Part shown: piece after piece, positions 1 through 12,089 of the stretch
How the letters are laid out: every line of letters begins with the position of its first letter
Numbering within the stretch: the stretch's first letter is position 1
NCBI RefSeq assembly: GCF_001194135.2
Contig: NC_068994.1
Span: 37,569,975-37,633,974 of the forward strand
DNA length: 64,000 nt
Reading direction: 5' to 3'
Origin: Octopus bimaculoides
Lineage: Eukaryota
Made by a program: the position numbers and the translations under genes
The notes under the pieces: generated by a model
What the model was told of the DNA's origin: nothing
Databases searched by the model: none
The model's input: only the letters and a program-made list of their open reading frames with translations

Positions 1-190
1 AAACTTTTCAAATATAAATAAAGTGGAAGTACATAAAAATAAACATTATTTTCCATCTTTCTGGTAGTTGTGTCTCATTTTGAAAAGTAAATTTTATTAT
101 ATAATTTATTATTGTTTATATTTTGAATTACATGGGGACTACAAAATCTTTTAAGTTCTTAAGGCCTTTATGGATCTTAATTCATCCCTG
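1..190. mobile_element. 3' part of hAT-like MITE (truncated by window start)
   Basis: Clearly homologous to 2680-2875; ends ttaattcatccctg. Confidence 0.55.
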
Positions 191-247
191 GTTTTATACT
201 ATATCTTGTGTGATATAATGAAAGGTTGAATATTCCATAGATGAAGT

Positions 248-730
248 ACAGGCATGGCTGTGTGGTTAAGAAGTTTGTGTACCAACCACAAGGTTTTGTG
301 TTTTCAGTCTCACTGCGTGGCACCTTGAGAAAGTGTCTTCTATTATAGCCAAGGGCAGACATAAACCTGGTGAGTGGATGTGATAGACAGAAACAAATTG
401 GAAATCTGTCATACATGTATGCATATATACATACATACCTATATATATGTATGTATGTATGTATGTGTGATATTGAGTATGGGTGTTTATATATTTGTAT
501 CTCCTTGTCTTGACATTGTGTGATTGTTGCAAATGAATTCCATTCATTTCCAATATTCTGTGAAAATATGTCTGACCATGGAGAAATATTGCCTTGCGTG
601 GAAACAGTTGAAGTTTGAAGACAGCAAGAGTATCCAGCTGTAGAAAATTTCCTCCACCCAATAAACTCCGACTGACTCATGCAAACATTGAAAAGTAGAC
701 ATTAAAATGATAATGATGAGTGATGATGAT
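248..730 (+). mobile_element. Old tRNA-headed SINE with RTE-type tail (…gtagacattaaaatgataatgatg)
   Basis: Head ggcatggctgtgtggttaagaag…caccttgagaaagtgtctt; tail with agtatccagctgtagaaa and (GAT)n. Confidence 0.6.
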
Positions 731-759
731 TCACTGAATGTGCATGAATGGCAGGGCAT

Positions 760-1018
760 AGATGGGCTGAGAGAAAATCAGTTGTGGTGAGCAAGGGAAA
801 TGGCTGTTGGTATAATCATGCAAGGTATATATGGCTGAAGAAAGCTGAGTGATGAAGTGCCAGGAGATACTTTTGGAGAAAACTAATGGAAGGGAAAGAT
901 CAAGGAAGACATGGACAGAAATGGTGATGGTTGACCTCAGAGAGCTGAACTTCACAAAGCAGATGACAAAGGAATGCAAAACAAATGGTAAGATGCTGTA
1001 TTGCAGAAAACCTGTCCA
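760..1018 (+). mobile_element. RTE-clade LINE 3' remnant
   Basis: Translates GRERSRKTWTEMVMVDLRELNFTKQMTK, resembling the RTE C-terminal GRGRPRKTW…DL…LT..MT motif. The 3' UTR and (GAT)n resume after the SINE at ~1410-1520. Confidence 0.65.
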
Positions 1019-1408
1019 GGCGCAGGAGTGGCTGTGTGGTAAGTAGCTTGCTTACCAACCACATGGTTCTGGGTTCAGTCCCACTGCGTGGCACCTTGGG
1101 CAAGTGTCTTCTACTATAGCCTCAGGCCGACCAAAGCCTTGTGAGTGGATCTGGTAGACGCAAACTGAAAGAAGCCCGTCGTATATATGTATGTGTGTTT
1201 GTGTGTCTGTGTTTGTCCCCCCACAATCGTTTGACAACCGATGCTGGTGTGTTTCCGTCCCCGTAACTTAGTGGTTTGGCAAAAAGAGACCGATAGAATA
1301 AGTACTAGGCTTACAAAGAATAAGTCCTGGGGTCGATTTGCTCGACTGAAGGCGGTGCTCCAGCATGGTCACAGTCAAATGACTGAAACAAGTAAAAGAG
1401 TAAAAGAG
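1019..1408 (+). mobile_element. SINE family A (tRNA-derived head, CORE-like central region), full-length young copy
   Basis: A-box-like tggctgtgtggt, B-box ggttcagtcc, CORE-like caccttgggcaagtgtctt, internal (TA/TG)n, (taaaagag)n tail, CpGs retained. Many further copies in the window. Confidence 0.9.
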
Positions 1409-1679
1409 GATTCATGCAAAGATGAAAAAAAACTGACATAAAATTGATGACAGTGATGATGGTGGTAGTGGAGATAATGATCATGGTGGTGATGATGATG
1501 ACAATGAGGATGCTGCTGCTGATAGAGATGATAAGGAATATGAAGGGGGGGGGGGAGAACAGGAGGATCTGTTCAATTCAGTGGCCATTGATCAATGAGC
1601 ACATATGTGAGGATTTGCATCAATCCAATAGGGAAATTGACCCAGCAAATGGGATACTTTCGTGATACCATTGTTTGTC

Positions 1680-2020
1680 ACCTTCACTCCATGGCGACAA
1701 GATATGCTTTATCAACACAGTAACACTCACACACATGTTGCTAATTTAACCAAGTATGTTATTCAAGAGCTCTCTTGGGCCATTCTAATACATGTATTCT
1801 CTTAATGTATTCTACTGATACAGCATCTTCAGATTATTTCCTTTCCCAATCACTCTCCGGCAGTTTGTGAAACATTTCATTTAACAATGATATGAAGCTG
1901 AAAACGTGGCTTCCTGAAGTCTTTCAGTTAAGACCTGGTGAGTTCTACCATCAAGGCACTGACAAGCAAGAAATTAGAACATTGGCAAGAAAATGTGAAA
2001 AATGAAGGAGAATACATTGG
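1680..2020 (+). mobile_element. Mariner transposase C-terminal remnant
   Basis: YSTDTASSDYFLSQSLSGSL*NISFNNDMKLKTWLPEVFQLRPGEFYHQG resembles mariner YSPDLAPSDY…F…L..WL..FF…FY..G. Confidence 0.6.
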
Positions 2021-2173
2021 TTTCAAATTTTAGTATAAAACCAGAAATTTTGTGGGAGGGACCAAGTCAATTACATTGACTCTGGTACTTGATCAGTACT
2101 CATTTTATCAACCCTGATAGGATGAAAGGGAAAGTCAACTTTGGTGGAATTTGAATTCAGAACATAACAACAG

Positions 2174-2381
2174 GCGGCTGGCAGAAATGTTAGTGCGCCG
2201 GGCGAAATGCCTAGCGGTATTTCGTCTGCAGTTATGTTCTGAGTTCAAATCCGCCGAGGTCGACTTTGCCTTTCATCCTTTCGGGGTCGATAAATTAAGT
2301 ACCAGTTAAGTACTGGGGTCGATACAATCGATAAATCCGTTTGTCTGGTCTTGTTTAGCCCTTGTGGGCAATAAAGAAATA
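2174..2381 (+). mobile_element. SINE family B, young copy with 15-bp TSD
   Basis: Head ctggcagaa…gagttcaaatcc; central gactttgcctttcatcctttcggggtcgataaattaagtaccag; TSD agaacataacaacag at 2159-2173 and 2382-2396. Confidence 0.88.
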
Positions 2382-2449
2382 AGAACATAACAACAGACAA
2401 AATGTCACTAAACATTTTACCTGGCATGCTAATGACTCTGCCTACTTAC

Positions 2450-2875
2450 CAGCACTGGATTAACCATTAAGCGAAATAAGCAGGTGCTTAGGGCATCAAG
2501 GGAAGGAGGGGGCACCACAGAAATGGTAAATGGTTTACAGCACAAAAGAAATCACTTTAAACTTGCTAAAATATGATTCAGGATGCCTTTATCTCTACTA
2601 AGTATAGATGCAGATGTGTTACCTAAGATTAATTTTGAGGATCTGATCAAAGACTCTGCAATTCAAAAAAGTAGGAGGAAACTTTTCAAATATAAATAAA
2701 ATGGAAGTATACAAAAATTAACATTATTTTCCCTCTTACTCTTTTGTTTCGTTTTGAAAAATAGAAATTTATTTTACAGTTTGTTATTGTTTATATTTTG
2801 AATTACTTAATCTTTTGTGGGGTCACCAAAATCTTTTAAGTGCTTAGGGCCTCAATGGGCCTTAATCCGACCTTG
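2450..2875. mobile_element. hAT-like MITE
   Basis: Degenerate TIRs cagcactggattaa / ttaatccgaccttg; 8-bp TSD ctacttac / ctgctcac (6/8); second copy at 1-190. Confidence 0.55.
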
Positions 2876-2904
2876 CTGCTCACCACCTTATTGAAGGAGA
2901 ATAA

Positions 2905-3100
2905 ATTCACTTCAAATTTTGGCACAAAGTGAACAAATTTGGGGAAGTGTGTTTGTCGATTACATCTACCCCAGTACTCTACTGGTGCTTATTTAATTGA
3001 CCCTGAGAGGATGACAGATGGAATTTGAACTCAGAATGCAGAGACAGATAAAATGCCACTAAGCATTTTGTCTGATGTGCAAATTCCTCTGCCAGCTTAC
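2905..3100 (-). mobile_element. SINE family B, antisense
   Basis: ttcaaattttggcacaa…gaatttgaactcagaa…ctgccagctt, the reverse complement of family B. Confidence 0.75.
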
Positions 3101-3809
3101 TTCTTTAGTAGAAGAATACATTCATGACTGATTTTCTGAAATTGTTGATGAAAAATAAGGATTAACAGAAATGGGGGCAAAAAAAAAACTATCCAAATTA
3201 TCTGACAATTCAGTATTAAAGTGGAAATGGCTAAATATTCCGTAGTGTTAATGTTATCTTCAGACAAACACACAGACTGCGTTACACATTATGTAGAAAG
3301 GTGGGTATGATTTATTTCTGTATAATCCATATGATGGCTAACCATACAATTTCCATCAATCATATTTTGCTCTCAATGCTTTGGTTTGACCAATGCCATG
3401 CTCAAGTCCCTTTGTCTAAAGTACCATGTAATAGGATTGAAACCAAGAGTCCATAACTGAAGCTAGAAGTTCTGAAACATTTCACCAGAGTTGCACCCAA
3501 TGGCAGAAACATACTCATATACACATATATGCAGAGAGAATGATACATACACACAGAGGTAGAATGAAACACATTTGCACACATGCACATGCATGAGCAT
3601 GCGCACACACACACATACATACACACACACAGGATCACACTAACACACACATATACACATATGTCGACATAATATGATATTTTCATTCACTGATCACATG
3701 TGACTATCTTTGTACACATGTGACCTGTGAATGAAACAAACACACAGGCATATTTTCCTAAAGAATGGCTGAATACATGGATGCATATTCATGTGTGTAT
3801 GTTTATATA

Positions 3810-3969
3810 TACATTATTTACATTATTTACAATTGACGGATATTTGTCCTCATCTTGTTTGTTGTTAACACAATGTTTCGGCTGATATACCCTCCAGACT
3901 TCATCAGGTGTTTTGGGGAAATTTTAAACCTGGGCTCTCATTCTCAAGGTATTTTTCGATGTTGTTATT
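3810..3969 (-). mobile_element. 3' module of the hammerhead-bearing SINE (no tRNA head)
   Basis: Homologous to 16230-16390. Confidence 0.8.
3867..3912 (-). ncRNA. Minimal type I hammerhead ribozyme motif (PLE-type)
   Basis: aacac CTGATGA a gtctg gagggtatat cagcc GAAAC AT T gtgtt. Stem I aacac/gtgtt; stem II 4/5 bp; G16.2 mutated to A. Confidence 0.6.
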
Positions 3970-5002
3970 AAGGAAATAAACATATATACACAAGTGTGCA
4001 GATACAGCTTCCATCTCCCCACACAGACACAGGCATAAATACACACACTTGCACACAAATGCATACATACATGGACATATACACAAAAATATGCATAGAC
4101 CAAATGGTACAAACACACAGACTCACGTTCACACATACACAGTTACATACACTCATACATGTGCATATATATATATATATATATACACACATACACACAC
4201 TTTCCCATATACAAATACATGCATAAACTGAATGGTAGACATGCAGACACAGTTATACACATATACATACACACGCATACATACACAGTTATACATACAC
4301 AGTTATACATACACACTCATACACACACACACACACACACATACACACACACACAAAGAGAGATACACACATGCACATAATTCAGATAAAGACTGAATGG
4401 TATAATCAGTTACCCATACACAGTCTACACAAACTGCATAGAACAGATGCACAGACACAGGTGAACACACACACACGCACGCGCACGCACACACACACAC
4501 AATCGCAGATACTGATGAAATGGTTCGGACACACAGACACAAGCAGGTGCTAAGGCATAGTCACCGGTACAGACACACAGACACAGCTTCACACACACAT
4601 ACAGTGAATTATCCAGATACACATGCACAATTATAAACACACTCTCATATACATATACACATAAAGTGGAGATACAAACGCACCAGACACAGTTCCACAC
4701 ACACACACACACACACAAATTCTCTCCCATATGCACTCACAGACACACTCTTCCACATACACACACAGGCACATACACACTGATGCACACATACACACAG
4801 ATACACACAGACACTCACACATACAAACAGCCAAATGAGACAATTGGGCACGTCTGTTCGGATGCTGACAATTTAGCATGGCTGACTGGACATTCAACCT
4901 ATTTTGGTGACAGTACATTCAGGCACTAGAGGCAAACACACGTACACATATGCAGAAATATATTCAAATGCAATGTGAGTGAGTGAGAGAGAGAGAGGTG
5001 GG

Positions 5003-5375
5003 GAGAGATTGCATATGTATACAAACATAACCAGATGCTCTCATACAGAAAAGGTGAGAGATAGAGATAGAGAAATATATATATATATAGAAAGAGAGAG
5101 AGAGGGAGGGAGAGGGGGGAGAGAGGGGGAGTGAGGGAGAGAGATAGAAATAGATTGCATATGTATACAAATATAACTAGATGCTTTCATACAGAGAGGG
5201 TGAGTGATAGAGATAGGGAGAAATATATATATATATATATCTTTAGGAAGAGAGAGAGAGAGAGAGAAAGAGGGAGAGACAGTGGGAGAGAGAGAGAGAT
5301 TGCATATATATACAAGCATAACTAGATGCTCTCCTACAGAGAGGGTGAGAGATAGAAATAGAGAGAAATAGAGAG
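5003..5375 (+). repeat. ~146-bp minisatellite, three imperfect units
   Basis: gattgcatatgtatacaa…agatgct…catacaga recurs at ~5006, ~5153 and ~5298. Confidence 0.75.
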
Positions 5376-5987
5376 AAAATTGGGGAGAGAAGGAGAAACA
5401 ATCATTAAAACAAAAGAAGCATTGAAATGTCCAATGTCCAGTAAGTCAGCATTGAATCAGTGATATCAAGTAGGCAGGGCCAAAATGGCTGTGCCAACTT
5501 GCTTCATACTCTTCAACCAGGCTTCTGTACACACACACACACACACTTTCAGTTTAATCTCACACAATTGCCTCTCCATACACACACAAAGATAAATGAC
5601 AGGACACTCACACATGCACGCATAAAACACACACACACACACACACTACCACACACATACAAGCACACTTACAGTAATTATAGTGTGTTGTAAAATTTCA
5701 AATAACTGTTGTACAATTTTCTCATTCATTTAGGTATCTGTCAATCATAAAAGCACAAGTAAGGGAGGTAATTCTAATAAGTTCAGCTAATTGAAAATTA
5801 AAAAAAGTTTAGTAATTGATATGGGAAAGGATCTTGGTTTAAAGCCAATTGGTAAGAACAGCAGACATAATCCAGTGGTATTAGTTTGATAACCAATGCT
5901 TTGATAGCATATGGTAAAATTTTAAGTTTATAATGCTTGTCTATTCAAACTGTTATCTTTGAATTTACAATATATTTCAGTTTGTGA

Positions 5988-6310
5988 AGGCATGTGGCTT
6001 AGTGGTTGGAGTATTTGGCTTACGATCACAAGGTTGTGAGTTCAATTCCCAGCGATGCATTGTGTTCTTGAGCAAGACACTTTATTTCATGTTGCTCCAG
6101 TCCACTCAGTGGGTAAAAGTAAGTAGTACCTGTATTTCAAAGTGCTAGCCTTGTCACACTCTGTGTCATGCTGAATCTCCCTGAGAACTACATTAAGGGT
6201 ACACATGTTTGTTGAGTGCTCAGCCACATGCATGTTAATTTCCCGTGCATGCTATTCTGTTGATCGAATCAACTGGAACCCTTATCATTGTAATCGATGG
6301 AGAGCCAGTT
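5988..6310 (+). mobile_element. SINE family C (tRNA head)
   Basis: tggcttagtggtt…gagttcaattccc…ttgtgttcttgagcaagacac; second copy at 42326-42640. Confidence 0.8.
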
Positions 6311-6529
6311 TTTATATTCAGTTTAAATGCAAGGTCTCGAAAGATTTGAAAAGATATTCATAAAAAATTAGATGTTATATTAGATGCCATATTTTCCTTG
6401 AGTCATATTGTTGATGTTTATAATCAATGTAAATAAGTACACTCTATGAATATCAAAAAAGGATCAATGGTCCTTCCTGAATCTTAGGCTCATAAGACTA
6501 ATTTTCTGAACTCTGAATTGTGTTTATCT

Positions 6530-6690
6530 GCACCCTGGATGGGCTGCTGGTTCATCGCAGGATTACTCATCTTACAACATGAAATAAAATGTCTTACTCA
6601 AGAACACAATGCATCGTCGAGGCCAGGAATCAAAACCACAATCTTACAATCATGAGTGCAACACTCCAACCACTAAGCCACATACGTCTA
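6530..6690 (-). mobile_element. tRNA-headed SINE 5' half, antisense
   Basis: Reverse complement reads tggcttagtggttgg…ttgattcctggc…ttgtgttcttgagtaagacat. Confidence 0.65.
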
Positions 6691-6799
6691 CCCTCTCAGC
6701 ATATGCAAACACATACAGTGAAACCTCAATTAACAAATGTATCTCATCATGAACAAATCAGTTCTCGAATAATGTTTTGAACAAAGAAAATCTCAGGTG

Positions 6800-7520
6800 G
6801 TGAATGGCATCTCAAGTAATAAATGTGCAAGCTGGCAAAATCATGCCATAACCAAAGCAAAAGAGCAAAAGAAATCCTGACTTATACCTTACAGAGAAAC
6901 TCTCATGTTAAGGGTGACAACAAAAACGCAAATATAAATATTCCATTTGGAGTCACCCATAATCCTAGGAACCACAACATCCAACATCCAGCCAAACAAT
7001 ACCTTCCAACTGTACATCAATCACCAAATTGCTGACAATTAATTTTGAAAAGTCACAAATCATCAACAGCTGAAGACAACACCAAATTTCAAGAGACTTC
7101 TAACAAAGGTGAGATTCACATCGGAGAAAGAAATAATTCAGGTAACAAACTGTGGAGATCTTTGTTGTGGGACATGTGAAATAATTGAACAAGGAACAAC
7201 CAAATGATTCAAGAACAGGAAGAAAGCAAGAATGAACACAAACATGAATTGAAAAACAAAAAAATCTCATCAACTGCATCATGTACCCACAATGTAATGG
7301 GAATTACATTGGAGGAAAAGGGACAAAACTAACCAGTCTGGTATACATGCATAAACAGCAACTTAAAGATTCATCTCTTAGAAATGATCCATGTAATAAA
7401 GACATTTAGATATTTTTTGCAAATGGAAAATTTAAGATATTCTCTTTTGACAAAATAAAAGACAAAACGAATCAACTATGGTAGGCAGAAGAATATTTCA
7501 TAAAATTTCTAAATTTGAAA
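6800..7520 (+). mobile_element. Penelope-like element ORF remnant (post-RT linker plus GIY-YIG endonuclease)
   Basis: IPFGVTHNPRN…, PNFKRLLTKVRF…CGDLCCGTC (Cys linker), NLINCIMYPQCNGNYIG (7263-7313; degenerate GIY-YIG with CxxC), then HKQQ. Multiple stops and frameshifts. Confidence 0.75.
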
Positions 7521-8915
7521 CTAAGCTTGAAATAGTCAACAATTTAAAATATACCCCTTTTGCAAAATATAAGATGAAAATATCAACTACAAAAGACAAA
7601 AGAAGAGTTCTTTATACAAATTCTAAATCTAAAAAACTAAACCGGAAATAGCTAACACCTTTACAAAAATAAGCAATTTCCTCTTTATTAGCCTGGAACA
7701 CAATAGTTTGCCAAGTTGAAAAGCGAAAGCACTTACACACAAAAACACACAAGACATAGAATACACATTAAATACATACTATATAAAAACATCTCCCACA
7801 AAGGTCAGCGACATTCTGTTAAATTCAGAAACTTTTTTTAAATAGTTAATAACTTTATAAAAGTTTTTTTCTAATTATTGTAACTGTATGATGATGATGT
7901 AGCAAGTGATTATTACAAAAGCTTTTACACACACACACATACATGATATATATATATATATANNNNNNNNNNNNNNNNNNNNNNNNNNNNNNNNNNNNAT
8001 ATATATATATATATAATTGTTAAACAGGACAGCAAACATTAAAGCAAGGCAAACATCTCAAGTCATATACAGTATTATTATAGGAAGACATTCAAAATCT
8101 TACAGCTGTTTCTTGGATATCCCTGAGTATGGGATATTCTGTCATCAGAGACAAATAGGAGGGAAAAATATGGAAAATGAGAATGGTATATATTAATAAG
8201 GTGACAACATATATATGTATACACACACACACGCACACACATATACATATACATATACATACACACATGTACATATACACATGTGCATATATTTGTGTGT
8301 GTATGTGTGTATGAAGATATATATGCATGTGCTTCAGTGTTGTTCTGACACTGCTCGACAACCAGTTTTGTTTTGTTTACATCCCTGCAACTTAGCAGTT
8401 CAGCAAAAGAGACCAGCTAAATAAGAATCAGACATAAATCATTAGTGTCAAGGTCAATGTGTAAAACTAAAACCCACCAAGCCAGTACCCCAGCATGGCC
8501 ATAGTCCAATGACAAAACAAAGTTTAAGAAGGTAGCCATAGACACACACACACACAAAGAGTTGGGACATTAGCAATGTGTGTCTGTGTGTCTGTCTCAG
8601 TGATCTTTTGTCTAAATGTGTGTGTGCATGATTCTAAGTGTGTCTGTGTGTTTGTTCTATTATGAATGAATTTGTAGAGCACGTATGTTGTGCTTGCATG
8701 TGCATGAGAGAGTATACATGCACATGTGCAGAATTTGTTGTGTCTGTGTGTTCGTTCTATTCAGTATGTACTTGTGTGTGTGTGAGTGTGTTGGAGAGAG
8801 AAAGAGAAAGAGGGAGGGGAGAGAGAAAAAAATAGAGAGAGAAAGGGGGGAGAGAAAAAGAGAGAGAGAAAGGGGGGAGAGAAAAAGAGAGAGAGAAAGG
8901 GGGGATAGAGAGAGA

Positions 8916-8946
<31 letters not shown>

Positions 8947-9409
8947 ATGCACTTGTTATATGTGTGTGTGTGTGTGCGAGTGTGTGTGTGAGTGTGAGTG
9001 TAAGTGTGGTGTATGTGTGCATGTTGGCGTTTGTGAGAGCATATGTTTATGTGCGTGTGTGTGTGTATGTGTGCATGTGCATGTGAGAGAGAACAAAAGA
9101 AAGAACAAATGAAAGTAAGAAAGAAAGAGAGAAAGACAGAAAGAAAGTGAGAGAATGCTTGTGTTTATATGTGAGATAGGACACGTGTGAGTATGTGTGT
9201 GAGTAGATGTGTGTATATGTACACTTTTGTGTTTGTGTGTATGCATGCGTGAGTCTGTGTGTGTGTATGTGTGTGTGTATGTGTGTATGTGTTTGTGCAT
9301 GCGCACATTAATAGTTTTATCTGTGTCTGTGTGTTTGTCCCATTCAGTGACTAAATGTACACAGAAATACTTGCATATGCAGTTCCAAACACACAAATAC
9401 ATGTACATA

Positions 9410-9449
<40 letters not shown>

Positions 9450-9917
9450 CAAGCATAAACAGACATATACATGTACACACACCACATACACACAAACACA
9501 TTTGAACAGACATATGCCTACACATAGATACACACATACAAACATACAGGTGTATGCAAAAATACACACACACACATATTAACAGCCATTTACAAAGTTT
9601 CACCTATACACACACACACACACATATACACACATGCACATACACATGTAATGGTTTACTGATACACACGTAACATTAACAATGTGTTTGTGTATCAGTA
9701 TATCTTTGTGTCTGCCTCATTGAGTCATTGAATTTATGTCTCTGTGTCTGTGTGTGCATGCAGAAATCTGTATGTGTGTGTGTGTGTGTGTATCTGTGCC
9801 TTTGTGCATATGATTCTATTTGTGTGTGTGTGCTTGTTTGTGTGTGTGCATGCATGTCTCTGTCTCCTTGTACAAATGTGTCTCTGTGTGTGTATGTTTG
9901 TATGCATGTGTGTGTGA

Positions 9918-9949
<32 letters not shown>

Positions 9950-10014
9950 GTGTATATCATGTAAATGTATATGAACATCTGCATGAATAAATATGTTCAT
10001 ATGTGTTTGCATGA

Positions 10015-10265
10015 ATGCACATGGCCTAGTGGTTTGGGTGATGCACTTATGATCGTAAAATTGTGGTTTCAGTCCCCAGACTGGGCAGTTCATTGTTTGC
10101 TTAAGCAAAACATTTCATTTCACAGTGCTTCATTCAACCCAACTATAATGAGTTTCAGTAAAAGATGGAAAGTTAAGGGTGAATGTTGTAATCTTAACCA
10201 CTTATATGTCGCAGAAACTGAGTCAAGCTCCAGCCCTGAGGGTCTTAGGACCCATGAGGGACCTA
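10015..10265 (+). mobile_element. tRNA-headed SINE with a different tail (gaaactgagtcaagctccagccc…)
   Basis: Head catggcctagtggtt…tttcagtcccc; body similar to families C and D. Confidence 0.5.
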
Positions 10266-10554
10266 AGTCTAAAATGTGCCTCTATTATTAAAAAGAGACG
10301 ATGAGCGATGGCTAGAGAAATATTGAGCTTTGTTTTTAATAACCAGTTGATCTAGCAAGCGGGGCCTCATATCAGTGAGGGGGGGGGCGGTGCGGATTGA
10401 TGCCGTCGAGAGGTAGGCCCCGAAACGACGTGCATTCTCTCCTGATGACCCCATACACTTGCTGGCTTCCGGTATGCGGAGTTCTCGACTGGTAGCACTT
10501 GCATGTGCGAGTTGTTTGCAAGACATATCTAAGCATATATGTATGCATACATTT

Positions 10555-11070
10555 GTCCTTAGCCATCTGGACTACTGCTCTCAGGAACGACCATTCCACA
10601 GTGTCAAATTAATAGCTGAACTTGTGGTGGTTTAGCAGTGCTACACCAGGAAAATTGCATCAATGGAACAGCTGAGCTATGATTCTACTCCCTAGAGATA
10701 TGCAGTGATATATGGGAGATATGCAGTGATATATGTATGGAAGATCCTTGAGGGGTTGGCAGCAAAATTTGGCATTAAGAGCTATACCAGCCCTCATACT
10801 GGAGGTCACTGCACTGTTCCAAAGATTCCAGCCATCCCATCTAGAATGAGGACCATGTACTGATTTGAGATTCATGGGCCCACAGCTATTTAATGCCTTG
10901 CCAAAACATCTGAGAGATTTACATGGAGTAGGGGGAGTTGTTTTCAAGAAACAGCTTGACTTCCTGCTGTTCAAGGTTCCAAATCAACCTACATCATGGC
11001 AAGAGATGCAAAAGAGGGCAGGAGTATCGAACTCCCTCCTTCACAAAAAGTTAATCACAAAATAATGACC
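10555..11070 (+). mobile_element. CR1/L2-group LINE 3' remnant
   Basis: LSHLDYCSQ…, YSLE, RYAVIY, WKILEGL, GPQLFNALPKHLR…FKKQLD…VPNQPT; internal ~21-bp duplication gagatatgcagtgatatatg. Confidence 0.75.
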
Positions 11071-11359
11071 ATTGCAAAAGTGATGGCATTGGTGGTGTTC
11101 CAGCATTCTTTTCTGCTTTAGGCACAAGGCCTGAAATTTTGGGGGAGGAAGACAGTCAATTAGATCGACCCCTAATTCTATTTGTTTCTTTTGCTGAACT
11201 GCTAAGTTACGTGGATGTAAACCAACCAACATTTGTTTTTGAAGCAGTGAGAGATACAAATGCAAAGACTCATGCATCTATTTCTTTATCTATCTACCTG
11301 TCTGTCTGTCTGTCTGTTTGTCTATCTATTTATATATCTATCTATCTGTATGTATGTGA

Positions 11360-11399
<40 letters not shown>

Positions 11400-11602
11400 G
11401 TCTACCATCATCATCATCATTTAATGTCCATTTTCCATGCTGGCATGGGTTTGGCAATTTGAGCAGATCTGAGAGCTCCAAGGACTGCATCATACTGCAA
11501 TGTCTACATTGGCATGGTTTCTACAGCTGGATGCCCTTCCTAATGTCAACAACTTTATACCATGTATTTGGGAATTTTGTATGTTACCAGCTCTATTGAC
11601 AT

Positions 11603-11644
<42 letters not shown>

Positions 11645-11662
11645 TGTGTGTGNNNNNNNNNN

Positions 11663-11715
<53 letters not shown>

Positions 11716-12089
11716 AATTTTTGTTTGTACCCTTCACCACTTAACATCGGTGTTTGTATTTTTGTGCTACATAACTTAACAGTTTGGCAAAAGAGACCAA
11801 TAGTACCAGACTTATAAATAGATACTAGGGTCAGTTTGTTTGACTAAACCCTTCAAGTAAGTGCCCCAGCATGGTTGCACTCTCGTGACTGGAACAAGGA
11901 AGCATAAAAAATAAAATTAGCAACTAGATTGAAATGCTGTGATAAAAGCATTCTCTGTTGTGGAAGTCACTTGCCTACTTGGCATAAGTGCAGCAAGAAA
12001 AGTTTAAGAGAATCAAATCATCTATGGAACATTGATGAGGACGAGTGCAGTGAATCCAGTACTCACGTTTTGCTTTCAGCTGTATTGTT

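Larger units (their letters stand above)
2033..2890 (-). mobile_element. Old SINE family B copy, split by two later insertions
   Basis: Segments 2033-2172, 2396-2449 and 2876-2890 reconstruct one antisense SINE-B. Confidence 0.7.

Noticed and set aside
8638-9984. Long ORFs rich in HT/CV/YI/RE/LS dipeptides (here and throughout the window)
   Set aside because: Stop-free translations of (CA)n/(TG)n/(TA)n/(GA)n microsatellites.
10415-10455. GAAAC…CTGATGA as a type II hammerhead
   Set aside because: The stem II strands are cccc/cccc (no pairing), position 17 is G, and there is no stem I.
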